A stretch of DNA of 64,000 nucleotides. Origin: Macrostomum lignano (lineage: Eukaryota). Each line of letters begins with the position of its first letter. The first letter of the stretch is position 1. The notes under the pieces were generated by a model. The model had not been told where the DNA came from. It was given only the letters and a program-made list of their open reading frames with translations, and did no database searches. Position numbers and translations under genes: made by a program. The stretch lies in assembly GCA_002269645.1 (NCBI GenBank), contig NIVC01002106.1, positions 99,515-163,514 on the forward strand, in the 5' to 3' direction. This document shows, in pieces, positions 1 to 14,532 of the stretch.

Positions 1-511
1 CCTCGATCGCAGTCGTTGCCGCCGCATCCGCCTGGCGAATCTCTACTCCGTTCTTGAACCACCGGGTCAGCGCCTCCGGCTTTGCCAGAGTTGAGCAGTC
101 CAGGCGCAGCAGCCCGCCGCCGCCGCCGCCGCCGCCGCCGCTGGAGGCGTTGACAGTCAGCACCGTCGGCCACGCCGACGTAGTCAACCAGGTCGGCGAC
201 TGCACAACCTCCAGCGCAACGGAAGATGCCGGGCCTCTACCGACGCTGTTCTCCGGTGTGCAATAGTACCGGCCACTGTCGGACAGTCTGGCCGGGCTGA
301 ACTGCAGAATCGGCGACCGGGCCAGGGGCACCGGGGCGCTGCTGTCGCCGGAGTAGCGGGACCAGAGGAACTCGGGCACCGGGACGCCAGGGTCCGTGGT
401 GCTGGGCTGGCAAACCAGCGAGGCCGGGTGCCCGGCTAGGACGGGGCTGCCGGCGGTGGCCCGGATCTCTGGCGGCCCAGGCGGGTACTCAACTATGATG
501 TCCACTGAGGC
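1..511 (-). CDS. Multi-Ig protein exon (Ig5 and start of Ig6; continues beyond window)
   Basis: Acceptor CCGCAG at 512-514. Reads ASVDIIVEYPPGPPEI...SLVCQP...PEFLW...DSGRYYCTPENSVG...GGGGGGGGLLRLDCSTLAKPEALTRWFKNG. The frame is open to position 1. Confidence 0.85.
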
Positions 512-561
512 CTGCGGCGGGTGGGGAATGTCCTTTATGGTAGAGGAGATAGAATAGAATC

Positions 562-1352
562 AGACAGTCAGACTCAGACACAGACACAGACACAGATAGA
601 CACAGACACAGACACAGACACAGACACAGACACAGATAGACACAGACACAGACACAGACACAGACACAGACGCAGACACAGACACAGAGAGACACAGACA
701 CAGAGAGACACAGAGACAGACACAGACACAGACACAGAGAGACGCAGACACAGACACAGAGAGACACAGACACAGACACAGAGAGACACAGGCACAGACA
801 CAGAGAGACACAGACACAGACACAGACGCAGACAGAGACACAGACACAGAGAGACACAGACACAGACACAGACACAGACACAGACACAGACGCAGACAGA
901 GACACAGACACAGAGAGACACAGACACAGAGAGACAGGCACGGACATAGACACAGACACAGACTCAGACACAGACACAGACACAGACATAGACATAGATG
1001 CAGACACAGACTCAGACACAGACACAGACACAGACACAGAGAGACACAGACACAGACACAGACACAGAGAGACACAGACACAGACACAGACACAGAGAGA
1101 CACAGACACAGACGCAGACAGAGACACAGACACAGAGACACAGACACAGAGAGACAGGCACAGACATAGACGCAGACACAGACTCAGACACAGACACAGA
1201 CACAGACACAGACACAGACACAGACATAGACATAGATGCAGACACAGACTCAGACACAGACACAGACACAGACACAGAGAGACACAGACACAGACACAGA
1301 GAGACACAGACACAGACACAGACACAGACTCAGACACAAACACACGCAGACG
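562..1352. repeat. (AGACAC)n-based hexamer satellite filling an Ig-gene intron
   Basis: Tandem AGACAC with AGAG, AGACGC and AGACAT variants. Explains the SVSV/CLCL/QTQT ORFs. Confidence 0.95.
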
Positions 1353-1368
1353 CAGCTTTAATTCTCAC

Positions 1369-1832
1369 CCGAGCAGAGAACTCCCGCCTCATCGGCTGTC
1401 CAGCATCCCCGCCAGCCCCAGCTGTGGTGGCAGCTGAGCTGCGGGCCTCGCAGACCCACAGCCCGGCGTGGGCCCGCGCCACCGGCTCCAGCAGCAGCAC
1501 CCGGCCGCTGGACGAGTTGCCGTCAGCGGAGCCGCTCAGCCGCCACTGCACCGAAGTCGGCGGCGGATTCGCCGACACCGAGCAGTCGATCGCCAGCCGG
1601 CTGCCTTCCACCGCCGAGGCCACTGAAATCGGAGTCGCTGTTGACTCCGCAGACTCGCCAGGCAACAGTCTGATTGACAGCTCGGGCGGGTAGAGGACAT
1701 CCAGGTAGAACAGCTGTCGCGCCCTGCGCAGCTCGCCGCCAAGCAGGCTGGTCTCCGCCACGCAGGCGTAGCTGCCGCTGTCGCTCTTCGATGCCGAGGC
1801 GATGGCGTGGCTGACAGAACGCGGGGCGACAG
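1369..1832 (-). CDS. Multi-Ig protein exon (C-half of Ig3 plus Ig4)
   Basis: Acceptor TTCCAG. Reads AVAPRS...DSGSYACVAE...LDVLYPPELSI...IDCSVSANPPPTSVQW...HAGLWVCEARS...EFSAR. Donor GTGAGA. Phase 1-0. Confidence 0.85.
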
Positions 1833-1924
1833 CTGGAACGGATGCGGAATGGAAAGTGGCGAATGGCGAAACATCGGAAACGAAGTTTAGATTGTTCAAC
1901 TGGGCATCACGTGACTAAACTCAC

Positions 1925-2053
1925 CCGACACCGTGGAATTTCCCCGAACAATGTACACCCGGGCCGTCGGGTTTGCTTCGGCTGTGCAGTTGAACTCCAC
2001 TCTGTCGCCAAGCAGCACCTTCTGGGAGGATACTGGCGTCACGTTCGGGCCGT
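1925..2053 (-). CDS. Multi-Ig protein exon (N-half of Ig3; absent from the ORF track)
   Basis: Acceptor TTTCAG. Reads YGPNVTPVSSQKVLLGDRVEFNCTAEANPTARVYIVRGNSTVS. Donor GTGAGT. Length 129 nt, phase 1-1. Supplies the B-strand Cys required by the DSGSYAC in the next exon. Confidence 0.85.
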
Positions 2054-2114
2054 CTGAAATTTGATAGACAAATATTGGTCACTTTTATCTACTTGCAGTA
2101 GGAAAAAAGCGCGT

Positions 2115-3309
<1,195 letters not shown>

Positions 3310-3425
3310 AAGAGGATCAGGCGGAAATGTTTCATTGACTATTTTAATTTTTAACTCTCTACTTCAAGTAGGCGAGAGCACAGTGGCACTAAAACTGGGA
3401 TTGACGCAAACAAAAGAAAGCTCAC

Positions 3426-3770
3426 AGAGAACGGTGAGAGACACGGGAGCGCTGGTGATATTTGCAAGCTGGTGCAGGCAGCGGCACGCAAGCTGGGCGC
3501 CATTCAACTCCTTCGACGCCGCCATCAGCAAGTCGGATCTCGAAGCGCCCAGCTTAGTCGTCGGCGCCGACCAGTTTGCCGCGTCGTCTGGCAGCGTCGA
3601 CTCGGCGCTGTCGACGCCTCGACGAAGTCGCAGCCAGTCAATTCGGGCGGGCGGGTTGCCGCCAGGGCACCGGCAGGTCAGGCCCAGCTGGGAGCCTTCG
3701 GCCACGGTGCGCTCGGCAGCTGGAGATGATGGGCTCGACAAAGTGCCCAGGATTGCTCGAGTCGGCGGTA
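3426..3770 (-). CDS. Multi-Ig protein exon (C2-type Ig2)
   Basis: Acceptor CCCTCCTCCCAG; joins the previous exon as VTVL-I-PPT. Contains LTCRCPGGNPPARIDW...LACRCLHQ...VSLTVL. Donor GTGAGC. Length 345 nt, phase 1-1. Confidence 0.85.
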
Positions 3771-3811
3771 CTGGGAGGAGGGACGGTGGTGAGATTCGTT
3801 GCTGCACAGTA

Positions 3812-6800
3812 CTGCAACTGGTCACTGATTACTGCAACTGGTCACTGATTACTGCAACTGGTCACTGATTACTGCAACTGGTCACTTATTACTGCAACTG
3901 GTCACTGATTACTTCAACTGGTCACTGATTGCTGCAACTGGTCACTGATTACAGTAACTAGTCACTGATTACTGCAACTGGTCACTGATTACTGCAACTG
4001 GTCACTTATTACTGCAACTGGTCACTGATTACTTCAACTGGTCACTGATTGCTGCAACTGGTCACTGATTACAGCAACTGGTCACTGATTACTGCAACTG
4101 GTCACTGATTACTGCAACTGGTCACTGATTACAGCAACTGGTCACTGATTACAGCAACTGGTCACTGATTGCTGCAACTGGTCACTTGCTGCTGCAACTG
4201 GTCACTGATTACAGCAACTGGTCACTGATTGCTGCAACTGGTCACTTGCTGCTGCAACTGGTCACTGATTACAGCAACTAGTCACTGATTACTGCAACTG
4301 GTCACTGATTACTGCAACTGGTCACTGATTACTGCAACTGGTCACTGACTACTGCAACTGGTCACTGATTGCTGCAACTGGTCACTGATTACTGCAACTG
4401 GTCACTGATTACTGTTTTTGGTCACTGATTACTGCAACTGGTCACTGATTGATGCAACTGGTCACTGATTGCTGCAACTCGTCACTGATTACAGAAACTG
4501 GTCACTGATTGCTGCAACTGGTCACTGATTGCTGCAACTGGTCACTGATTACTGCAACTGGTCACTGATTACTGCAACTGGTCACTGATTGCTGCAACTC
4601 GTCACTGATTGCTGCAACTGGTCACTGATTACAGAAACTGGTCACTGATTGCTGCAACTCGTCACTGATTACTGCAACTGGTCACTGACTGATGCAACTG
4701 GTCACTGATTGCTGCAACTCGTCACTGATTACAGAAACTGGTCACTGATTGCTGCAACTGGTCACTGATTGCTGCAACTGGTCACTGATTACTGCAACTG
4801 GTCACTGATTACAGAAACTGGTCACTGATTGCTGCAACTGGTCACTTGCTGCTGCAACTGGTCACTGATTACAGCAACTGGTCACTGATTACTGCAACTG
4901 GTCACTTGCTGTTGCAACTGGTCACTGATTACAGCAACTGGTCATTGATTGCTGCAACTGGTCACTGATTACAGCAACTGGTAACTGATTACTGCAACTG
5001 GTCACTGATTACTGCAACTGGTCACTGATTACAGCAACTGGTCACTGATTGCTGCAACTGGTCACTGATTACTGCAACTGGTCACTGATTACAGCAACTG
5101 GTCACTGATTGCTGCAACTCGTCACTGATTACTGCAACTGGTCACTGATTACAGAAACTGGTCACTGATTGCTGCAACTGGTCACTGATTACTGCAACTG
5201 GTCACTGATTGATGCAACTGGTCACTGATTGCTGCAACTCGTCACTGATTACAGAAACTGGTAACTGATTGCTGCAACTGGTCACTGATTGCTGCAACTG
5301 GTCACTGATTACAGCAACTGGTCACTGATTACAGCAACTCGTCACTGATTACAGCAACTGGTCACTGATTACAGCAACTCGTTACTGATTACAGCAACTG
5401 GTCACTGATTACAGCAACTGGTCACTGATTGCTGCAACTGGTCACTGATTGCTGCAACTCGTCACTGATTACAGAAACTGGTCACTGATTGCTGCAACTG
5501 GTCACTGATTACTGCAACTGGTCACTGATTACAGCAACTGGTAACTGATTGCTGCAACTGGTCACTGATTGCTGCAACTGGTCACTGATTACTGCAACTG
5601 GTCACTGATTACTGTTTTTGGTCACTGATTACTGCAACTGGTCACTGATTACAGCAACTGGTCACTGATTACTGCAACTGGTCACTGATTACTGTTTTTG
5701 GTCACTGATTACAGCAACTGGTCACTGATTACAGCAACTGGTCACTGATTACAGCAACTGGTCACTGATTGCTGCAACTGGTCACTTGCTGCTGCAACTG
5801 GTCACTGATTACAGCAACTGGTCACTGATTACTGCAACTGGTCACTTGCTGTTGCAACTGGTCACTGATTACAGCAACTGGTCATTGATTGCTGCAACTG
5901 GTCACTGATTACAGCAACTGGTAACTGATTACTGCAACTGGTCACTGATTACTGCAACTGGTCACTGATTACTGTTTTTGGTCACTGATTACTGCAACTG
6001 GTCACTGATTACAGCAACTGGTCACTGATTACTGCAACTGGTCACTGATTACTGCAACTGGTCACTGATTACAGCAACTGGTCACTGATTACAGCAACTG
6101 GTCACTGATTACAGCAACTGGTCACTGATTACAGCAACTGGTAACTGATTACTGCAACTGGTCACTGATTACAGCAACTGGTCACTGATTACAGCAACTG
6201 GTAACTGATTACTGCAACTGGTCACTGATTACAGCAACTGGTCACTGATTGCTGCAACTGGTCACTGATTGCTGCAACTGGTCACTGATTACAGCAACTG
6301 GTAACTGATTACAGCAACTCGTCACTGATTACAGCAACTGGTCACTGATTACAGCAACTCGTCACTGATTACAGCAACTCGTCACTGATTACAGCAACTG
6401 GTCACTGATTACAGCAACTCGTCACTGATTACAGCAACTGGTCACTGATTACAGCAACTGGTCACTGATTGCTGCAACTGGTCACTGATTGCTGCAACTC
6501 GTCACTGATTACAGAAACTGGTCACTGATTGCTGCAACTGGTCACTGATTACTGTTTTTGGTCACTGATTACAGCAACTGGTAACTGATTGCTGCAACTG
6601 GTCACTGATTGCTGCAACTGGTCACTGATTACTGCAACTGGTCACTGATTACTGTTTTTGGTCACTGATTACTGCAACTGGTCACTGATTACAGCAACTG
6701 GTCACTGATTACTGCAACTGGTCACTGATTACTGTGGTCACTGATTACAGCAACTGGTCACTGATTACAGCAACTGGTCACTGATTACAGCAACTGGTCA

Positions 6801-9800
6801 CTGATTACAGCAACTGGTAACTGATTACTGCAACTGGTCACTGATTACAGCAACTGGTCACTGATTACAGCAACTGGTAACTGATTACTGCAACTGGTCA
6901 CTGATTACAGCAACTGGTCACTGATTACAGCAACTGGTAACTGATTGCTGCAACTGGTCACTGATTACTGTTTTTGGTCACTGATTACTGCAACTGGTCA
7001 CTGATTGATGCAACTGGTCACTGATTGCTGCAACTCGTCACTGATTACAGAAACTGGTCACTGATTGCTGCAACTGGTAACTGATTGCTGCAACTGGTCA
7101 CTGATTACTGCAACTGGTCACTGATTACTGCAACTGGTCACTGATTGCTGCAACTCGTCACTGATTGCTGCAACTGGTCACTGATTGCAGAAACTGGTCA
7201 CTGATTGCTGCAACTCGTCACTGATTACTGCAAACTGGTCACTGACTGATGCAACTGGTCACTGATTGCTGCAACTCGTCACTGATTACAGAACTGGTCA
7301 CTGATTGCTGCAACTGGTCACTGATTGCTGCAACTGGTCACTTGCTGCTGCAACTGGTCACTGATTACAGCAACTGGTCACTGATTGCTGCAACTGGTCA
7401 CTTGCTGTGCAACTGGTCACTGATTACAGCAACTGGTCATTGATTGCTGCAACTGGTCACTGATTTGCAACTGGTACTGATTACTGCAACTGGTCACTGA
7501 TTACTGCAACTGGTCACTGATTACTGTGGTCACTGATTACTGCAACTGGTCACTGATTACTGCAACTGGTCACTGATTACTGTGGTCACTGATTACTGCA
7601 ACTGGTCACTGATTACAGCAACTGGTCACTGATTACTGCAACTGGTCACTGATTACTGCAACTGGTCACTGATTACAGCAACTGGTCACTGATTACTGCA
7701 ACTGGTCACTGATTACAGCAACTGGTCACTGATTACAGCAACTGGTAACTGATTACTGCAACTGGTCACTGATTACAGCAACTGGTCACTGATTGCTGCA
7801 ACTGGTCACTGATTGCTGCAACTGGTCACTGATTACAGCAACTGGTCAACTGATTACAGCAACTCGTCACTGATTACAGCAACTGGTCACTGATTACAGC
7901 AACTGTCACTGATTACAGCAACTCGTCACTGATTACAGCAACTGGTCACTGATTACAGCAACTCGTCACTGATTACAGCAACTGGTCACTGATTACAGCA
8001 ACTGGTCACTGATTGCTGCAACTGGTCACTGATTGCTGCAACTGTCACTGATTACAGAACTGGTCACTGATTGCTGCAACTGGTCACTGATTACTGTCGG
8101 TCACTGATTACAGCAACTGGTAACTGATTGCTGCAACTGGTCACTGATTGCTGCAACTGGTCACTGATTACTGCAACTGGTCACTGATTACTGTTTTTGG
8201 TCACTGATTACTGCAACTGGTCACTGATTACAGCAACTGGTCACTGATTACTGCAACTGGTCACTGATTACTGTTTTTGGTCACTGATTACAGCAACTGG
8301 TCACTGATTACAGCAACTGGTCACTGATTACAGCAACTGGTCACTGATTACAGCAACTGGTAACTGATTACTGCAACTGGTCACTGATTACAGCAACTGG
8401 TCACGGATTACAGCAACTGGTAACTGATTACTGCAACTGGTCACTGATTACAGCAACTGGTCACTGATTACAGCAACTGGTAACTGATTGCTGCAACTGG
8501 TCACTGATTACAGTAACTAGTCACTGAATACAGCAACTGGTCACTTGCTGCAACTGGTCACTTGCTGTTGCAACTGGTCACTGATTACAGCAACTGGTCA
8601 CTGATTGCTGCAACTGGTCACTGATTACAGCAACTGGTAACTGATTACTGCAACTGGTCACTGATTGCTGCAACTCGTCACTGATTACAGCAACTGGTCA
8701 CTGATTGCTGCAACTCGTCACTGATTACTGCAACTGGTCACTGATTACTGCAACTGGTCACTGATTGCTGCAACTGGTCACTGATTACTGCAACTGGTCA
8801 CTGATTGCTACAAATGGTCACTGATTACAGCAACTGGTCACTGATTGCTGCAACTCGTCACTGATTACTGCAACTGGTCACTGATTACAGCAACTGGTCA
8901 CTGATTGCTGCAACTGGTCACTGATTACTGCAACTGGTCACTGATTACAGCAACTGGTCACTGATTACTGCAACTGGTCACTGATTACTGTTTTTGGTCA
9001 CTGATTACAGCAACTGGTCACTGATTACAGCAACTGGTCACTGATTACAGCAACTGGTCACTGATTACAGCAACTGGTAACTGATTACTGCAACTGGTCA
9101 CTGATTACAGCAACTGGTCACTGATTACAGCAACTGGTAACTGATTACTGCAACTGGTCACTGATTACAGCAACTGGTCACTGATTGCTGCAACTGGTCA
9201 CTGATTGCTGCAACTGGTCACTGATTACAGCAACTGGTAACTGATTACAGCAACTCGTCACTGATTACAGCAACTGGTCACTGATTACAGCAACTCGTCA
9301 CTGATTACAGCAACTCGTCACTGATTGCTGCAACTGGTCACTGATTACTGTTTTTGTTCACTGATTACAGCAACTGGTAACTGATTGCTGCAACTGGTCA
9401 CTGATTGCTGCAACTGGTCACTGATTACTGCAACTGGTCACTGATTACTGTTTTTGGTCACTGATTACTGCAACTGGTCACTGATTACAGCAACTGGTCA
9501 CTGATTACTGCAACTGGTCACTGATTACTGTTTTTGGTCACTGATTACAGCAACTGGTCACTGATTACAGCAACTGGTCACTGATTACAGCAACTGGTCA
9601 CTGATTACAGCAACTGGTAACTGATTACTGCAACTGGTCACTGATTACAGCAACTGGTCACTGATTACAGCAACTGGTAACTGATTACTGCAACTGGTCA
9701 CTGATTACAGCAACTGGTCACTGATTACAGCAACTGGTAACTGATTGCTGCAACTGGTCACTGATTACAGTAACTAGTCACTGATTACAGCAACTGGTCA

Positions 9801-10615
9801 CTTGCTGCAACTGGTCACTGATTGCTGCAACTGGTCACTGATTACTGCAACTGGTCACTGATTACTGTTTTTGGTCACTGATTACTGCAACTGGTCACTG
9901 ATTGATGCAACTGGTCACTGATTGCTGCAACTCGTCACTGATTACAGAAACTGGTCACTGATTGCTGCAACTGGTCACTGATTGCTGCAACTGGTCACTG
10001 ATTGCTGCAACTCGTCACTGATTACAGCAACTGGTCACTGATTGCTGCAACTCGTCACTGATTACTGCAACTGGTCACTGATTACTGCAACTGGTCACTG
10101 ATTGCTGCAACTGGTCACTGATTACTGCAACTGGTCACTGATTGCTACAAATGGTCACTGATTACAGCAACTGGTCACTGATTGCTGAAACTCGTCACTG
10201 ATTACTGCAACTGGTCACTGATTACAGCAACTGGTCACTGATTGCTGCAACTGGTCACTGATTGCTGCAACTGGTCACTGATTGCTGTTTTTGGTCACTG
10301 ATTACTGCAACTGGTCACTGATTGATGCAACTGGTCACTGATTGCTGCAACTCGTCACTGATTACAGAAACTGGTCACTGATTGCTGCAACTGGTCACTG
10401 ATTGCTGCAACTGGTCACTGATTACTGCAACTGGTCACTGATTACTGCAACTGGTCACTGATTGCTGCAACTCGTCACTGATTGCTGCAACTCGTCACTG
10501 ATTACAGAAACTGGTCACTGATTGCTGCAACTGGTCACTGATTACTGCAACTGGTCACTGATTACTGCAACTGGTCACTGATTACTGCAACTGATCACTG
10601 ATTGCTCCAACTTAC
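3812..10615. repeat. 20-bp minisatellite GTCACTGATTACTGCAACTG, about 340 units
   Basis: Period of 20 is visible as column alignment over ~6.8 kb. Recurrent variant units include ACAGCAACTG, GCTGCAACTC, ACTGTTTTTG and ACAGAAACTG. Confidence 0.97.
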
Positions 10616-11072
10616 TGTAACTCATTTATTACTGTAGCCTACAGCTTGATACTACAGCCAATCAGCCCATGGATTGCAGTGCAGTCATTTCAGTAAAATC
10701 CCATTCACCACCATATGACAGGTGAGTTCACTGGAGATCTTCGCTTCACTTCACCGCTGATTTCCCTCTGTCAGCTGCTCTCTACTCAAAGCCTTTATTC
10801 ACTCGAATATCGCTCGCCATCTCTTTGGATAAGCTCGCGGAAGGAAATCAGGGTGCAGAGACTTGAGCGAGAGACAGCAGCATGATGAGGAAGGCATCAA
10901 AGCAAGTTCGAAAAAAGCGAGGCCTTGTGCTCTCAATACAGCTCATGAAATATGCATATCGCATTGCTTCCTGTGTGTAGGGGCTTGGTTAAAATATCCT
11001 GGAGAATCATCAAACCTTCTTAAAAGTCTTCCTGAACAGCTTTTAAATTTTTATTGTGTTTTGCATCTGCGC

Positions 11073-11669
11073 CAGGGATCGGCAAACTCCGGTCTGCCAA
11101 GCCTCTATCCATGAAAACTTCACAACAGCAATGCGGCTCGCTCAAGGTTTGTGCTCTTCTCAACTCTCTTCTCTTTTTTCTCCCCTCTCCACTCTCCTCC
11201 CTCCTCTCCTCTCCTCTCTACCCTCCTCTACTCTCCCCCGTCCTCTCCTCTCTCCCCTCCTCTCCTCTCCCCCTCCTCTCCTCTCTCCCCTCCTCTCCTC
11301 TACCCTCCTCTACTCTCCCCCTCTCCCCCGTCCTCTCCTCTCCCCCCTCCTCTCCTCTCCCCCTCCTCTACTCTCCCCCTCCTCTCCTCTCTCCCCTCCT
11401 CTCCTCTCTCCCCTCCTCTCCTCTCTCCCCTCCTCTCCTCTCTCCCCTCCTCTCCTCTACCCTCCTCTACTCTCCCCCGTCCTCTCCTCTCTCCCCTCCT
11501 CTCCTCTCCCCCCTCCTCTCCTCTCTCCCTCCTCTCCTCTCTCCCCTCCTCTCCTCTCTCCCCTCCTCTCCTCTCCCCCCTCCTCTCCTCTCTCCCCTCC
11601 TCTCCTCTCTCCCTTGCCCTCCTCTCCACTCTCTTCTCTCATCCAACTCTCCCCTCTCCCTCTCTCTCT

Positions 11670-11724
<55 letters not shown>

Positions 11725-11830
11725 TTATCTCCCCTATCCCCCCTCTCTTCTCTCCTCTCCTCTCTCTCCCGCAGTCATGCGCTAGATTCTATATCAGGCC
11801 CTTACGTTAAAAAAGTTTGCCCGACTCCTG
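11073..11830. mobile_element. hAT-type MITE (copy 1) with internal CT-rich expansion
   Basis: Termini CAGGGATCGGCAAAC and GTTTGCCCGACTCCTG are imperfect TIRs. An 8-bp TSD ATCTGCGC / ATCTACGC has 1 mismatch. Low-complexity CTCCT/CT tract at ~11160-11770. Confidence 0.75.
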
Positions 11831-12994
11831 ATCTACGCGTCAGATAGATGAGTCACCGCACCAGATGATGGTTATTTAACCACTGCCATATATAGATTAG
11901 CAATCCACTCGAAAATGCTAATGGGTCGCTTGCCACCTGTGCTAGCAAACAGTGCAAAGTTATATGGGCCTAGATATAGTTAATTCCTCCTAATGCCATG
12001 CGACTCAGAGAGCCGGCCATTATTTACACTGTGCCCCCCCCCCGAAATAATGCTATGCATGCATGCGGAATTTGCTGACCTGTCACTGCTTCTAGAAGAG
12101 AGGAAGCAGAGACCCTAAGTGAGTTGCAGTGCGGTCTAATCCCGATCTAAGTTGTATTGTGTGTGTTTTTTCACTTGTCTCATAATACTCACTCGGAGCT
12201 ATTAACTCGCTGGGGACAGGGAGCAGCAGCCCATGAGACCTTCTCCACTTTCACTTTCTTGTCTGACTTCTCTGTCTCTCTGGCCGTCTGCAGCGCCAGG
12301 CAACTCTCATGAGCTCAACAAAGTGAAAGATTAAGGTGGAGACTCCAGTGGCTTTGACAGCCCCAGACCGGCCGCCCTCGCCTCCACCGCCCCAGTCAGC
12401 CAGCCAAACCGGACTTGAAGGAAGCCAAAACCAACATTTGCCTTGTCACTTGTCAATTTCTGCAGACTCGGCGCGCTCCACCGCTCTTTTGTTATCTTTT
12501 GGCTTGGGGCGATGCATTTCTGCTTCCAGCGCCAGGCCGCCGGGGAGACTCATGGGAACAATTGGAGATTTCCATGCTGAGCGGCAACAGGAAATACAAG
12601 AAAAAGAGAGTGAAAGTCTAAAACAATGGAGACCGGGGCCCGGGGAGTCACACAGGTGGGTTCTCTTCTGCCCTCTATCTTGCTGTCTCTCCTGAGCAGT
12701 CTTGACTCTGCAGTGGAGGCTCAAGATTTTTGCAAAGCGACAGAGATAGAGACTATGCGATGCCAGGTGTTAAAAAAGCAACTATTCTTGCCAAAGCTGT
12801 CACGCCAATAACTTTAAGTTGGGCGCTCAACAGGTGGCGAAAAAAGAAATAGTGGCAGAAGGACAGAGACAGAAGGTGGCGAGTTTGCTTTCATTGGTTA
12901 TGGTGGAAAAATGCCACGTGCCAATAAGTTGGCTTAATTTATTCACTGAGGGTTACCGAGACAGCGAGAAATCAGATTTGCTTAGCGGGTAGAT

Positions 12995-13330
12995 AGGTAG
13001 AGAAGAAGGGGGGATACGAAGGGAGAGATGAAGGGAGAGAAGAAGGGGGATAGGAAGGGAGAGATGATGGGAGAGAAAGGGAGAGAGGAAGGGAAAGAGG
13101 AAGGGAGAGATGATGGGAGAGAGGAAGGGTGAAAGAAGGAAAGATGAAGGAAAAGAGGAAAAGAGAGAGGAAGCGAGAGAGGAAGGGATAGAAGAAGGGA
13201 GAGAGGAAGGGATAGAAGAAGGGAAAGAGGAAGGGAGAGAGGAAGGGAGAGAGGAAGGGAGAGAGGAAGGGAGAGAGGAAGGGATAGAAGAAGGGAGACA
13301 GGAAGGGAGACAGGGAGAGGATAGGAATAG
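12995..13330. repeat. GA-rich 12-bp-like repeat (GAGAGGAAGGGA)
   Basis: Tandem purine-rich units in the Ig-gene intron. Confidence 0.85.
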
Positions 13331-13397
13331 GGAAATCCCCCAAGTGAAAAGAAGAACATTAAAGAAGTGGTTGAAGACTGCAGCGGCAGCAACTCAC

Positions 13398-13748
13398 TCA
13401 GCACGGTGACTCGCTGACTCGCCTTGACGGCATTGGTGCCGAACATGCCTTCGCAGTCGAAGACGCCGTCCTGCTCGAGGCTGACGGGGCCCAGCGACAG
13501 GCTGCCGTTGACCCCGGCGGCTGGCCGGGCTGCCGCCCAGTCAGTCTGGAACGGCTCCTTCAAGCCGCAGGCGCCCAGCCCAGTGTTGCACAGCGCCAGC
13601 TTCTGCCAGGATGATTTGTTGTCCGGCGCGTGGCGCCACAGTATGAACACTGGCGCTGGGGTGAAGTTGCAGTGCAGGACCACGCTGGCGCCGACTGGCA
13701 CCGCCGCTGGACTGGGCGATGACGTCATTGATAGCTGGATAGCCGTCA
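13398..13748 (-). CDS. Multi-Ig-domain cell-surface protein (nephrin/Kirre/sidestep/hemicentin-like), first identifiable exon (V-type Ig1)
   Basis: Reads VTAIQLSMTSSPSPAAVPVGASVVLHCNF...FILWRH...SLSLGPVSLEQDGVFDCEG...VTVL, with the Ig B-strand Cys, C-strand Trp and DxGxFxC. Acceptor ATCGCAG at 13749-13750 and donor GTGAGT at 13397. Length 351 nt, phase 1-1. The signal-peptide exon was not located. Confidence 0.85.
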
Positions 13749-13761
13749 CTGCGATATAGAG

Positions 13762-14532
<771 letters not shown>

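Noticed and set aside
489-1343. Long SVSV/CLCL/QTQT ORFs
   Set aside because: They are translations of a hexamer satellite inside an intron defined by flanking Ig exons.
11054-11847. Pro/Leu/Ser-rich ORFs here and at 60609-61627
   Set aside because: They are the CT-rich interiors of the two MITE copies.
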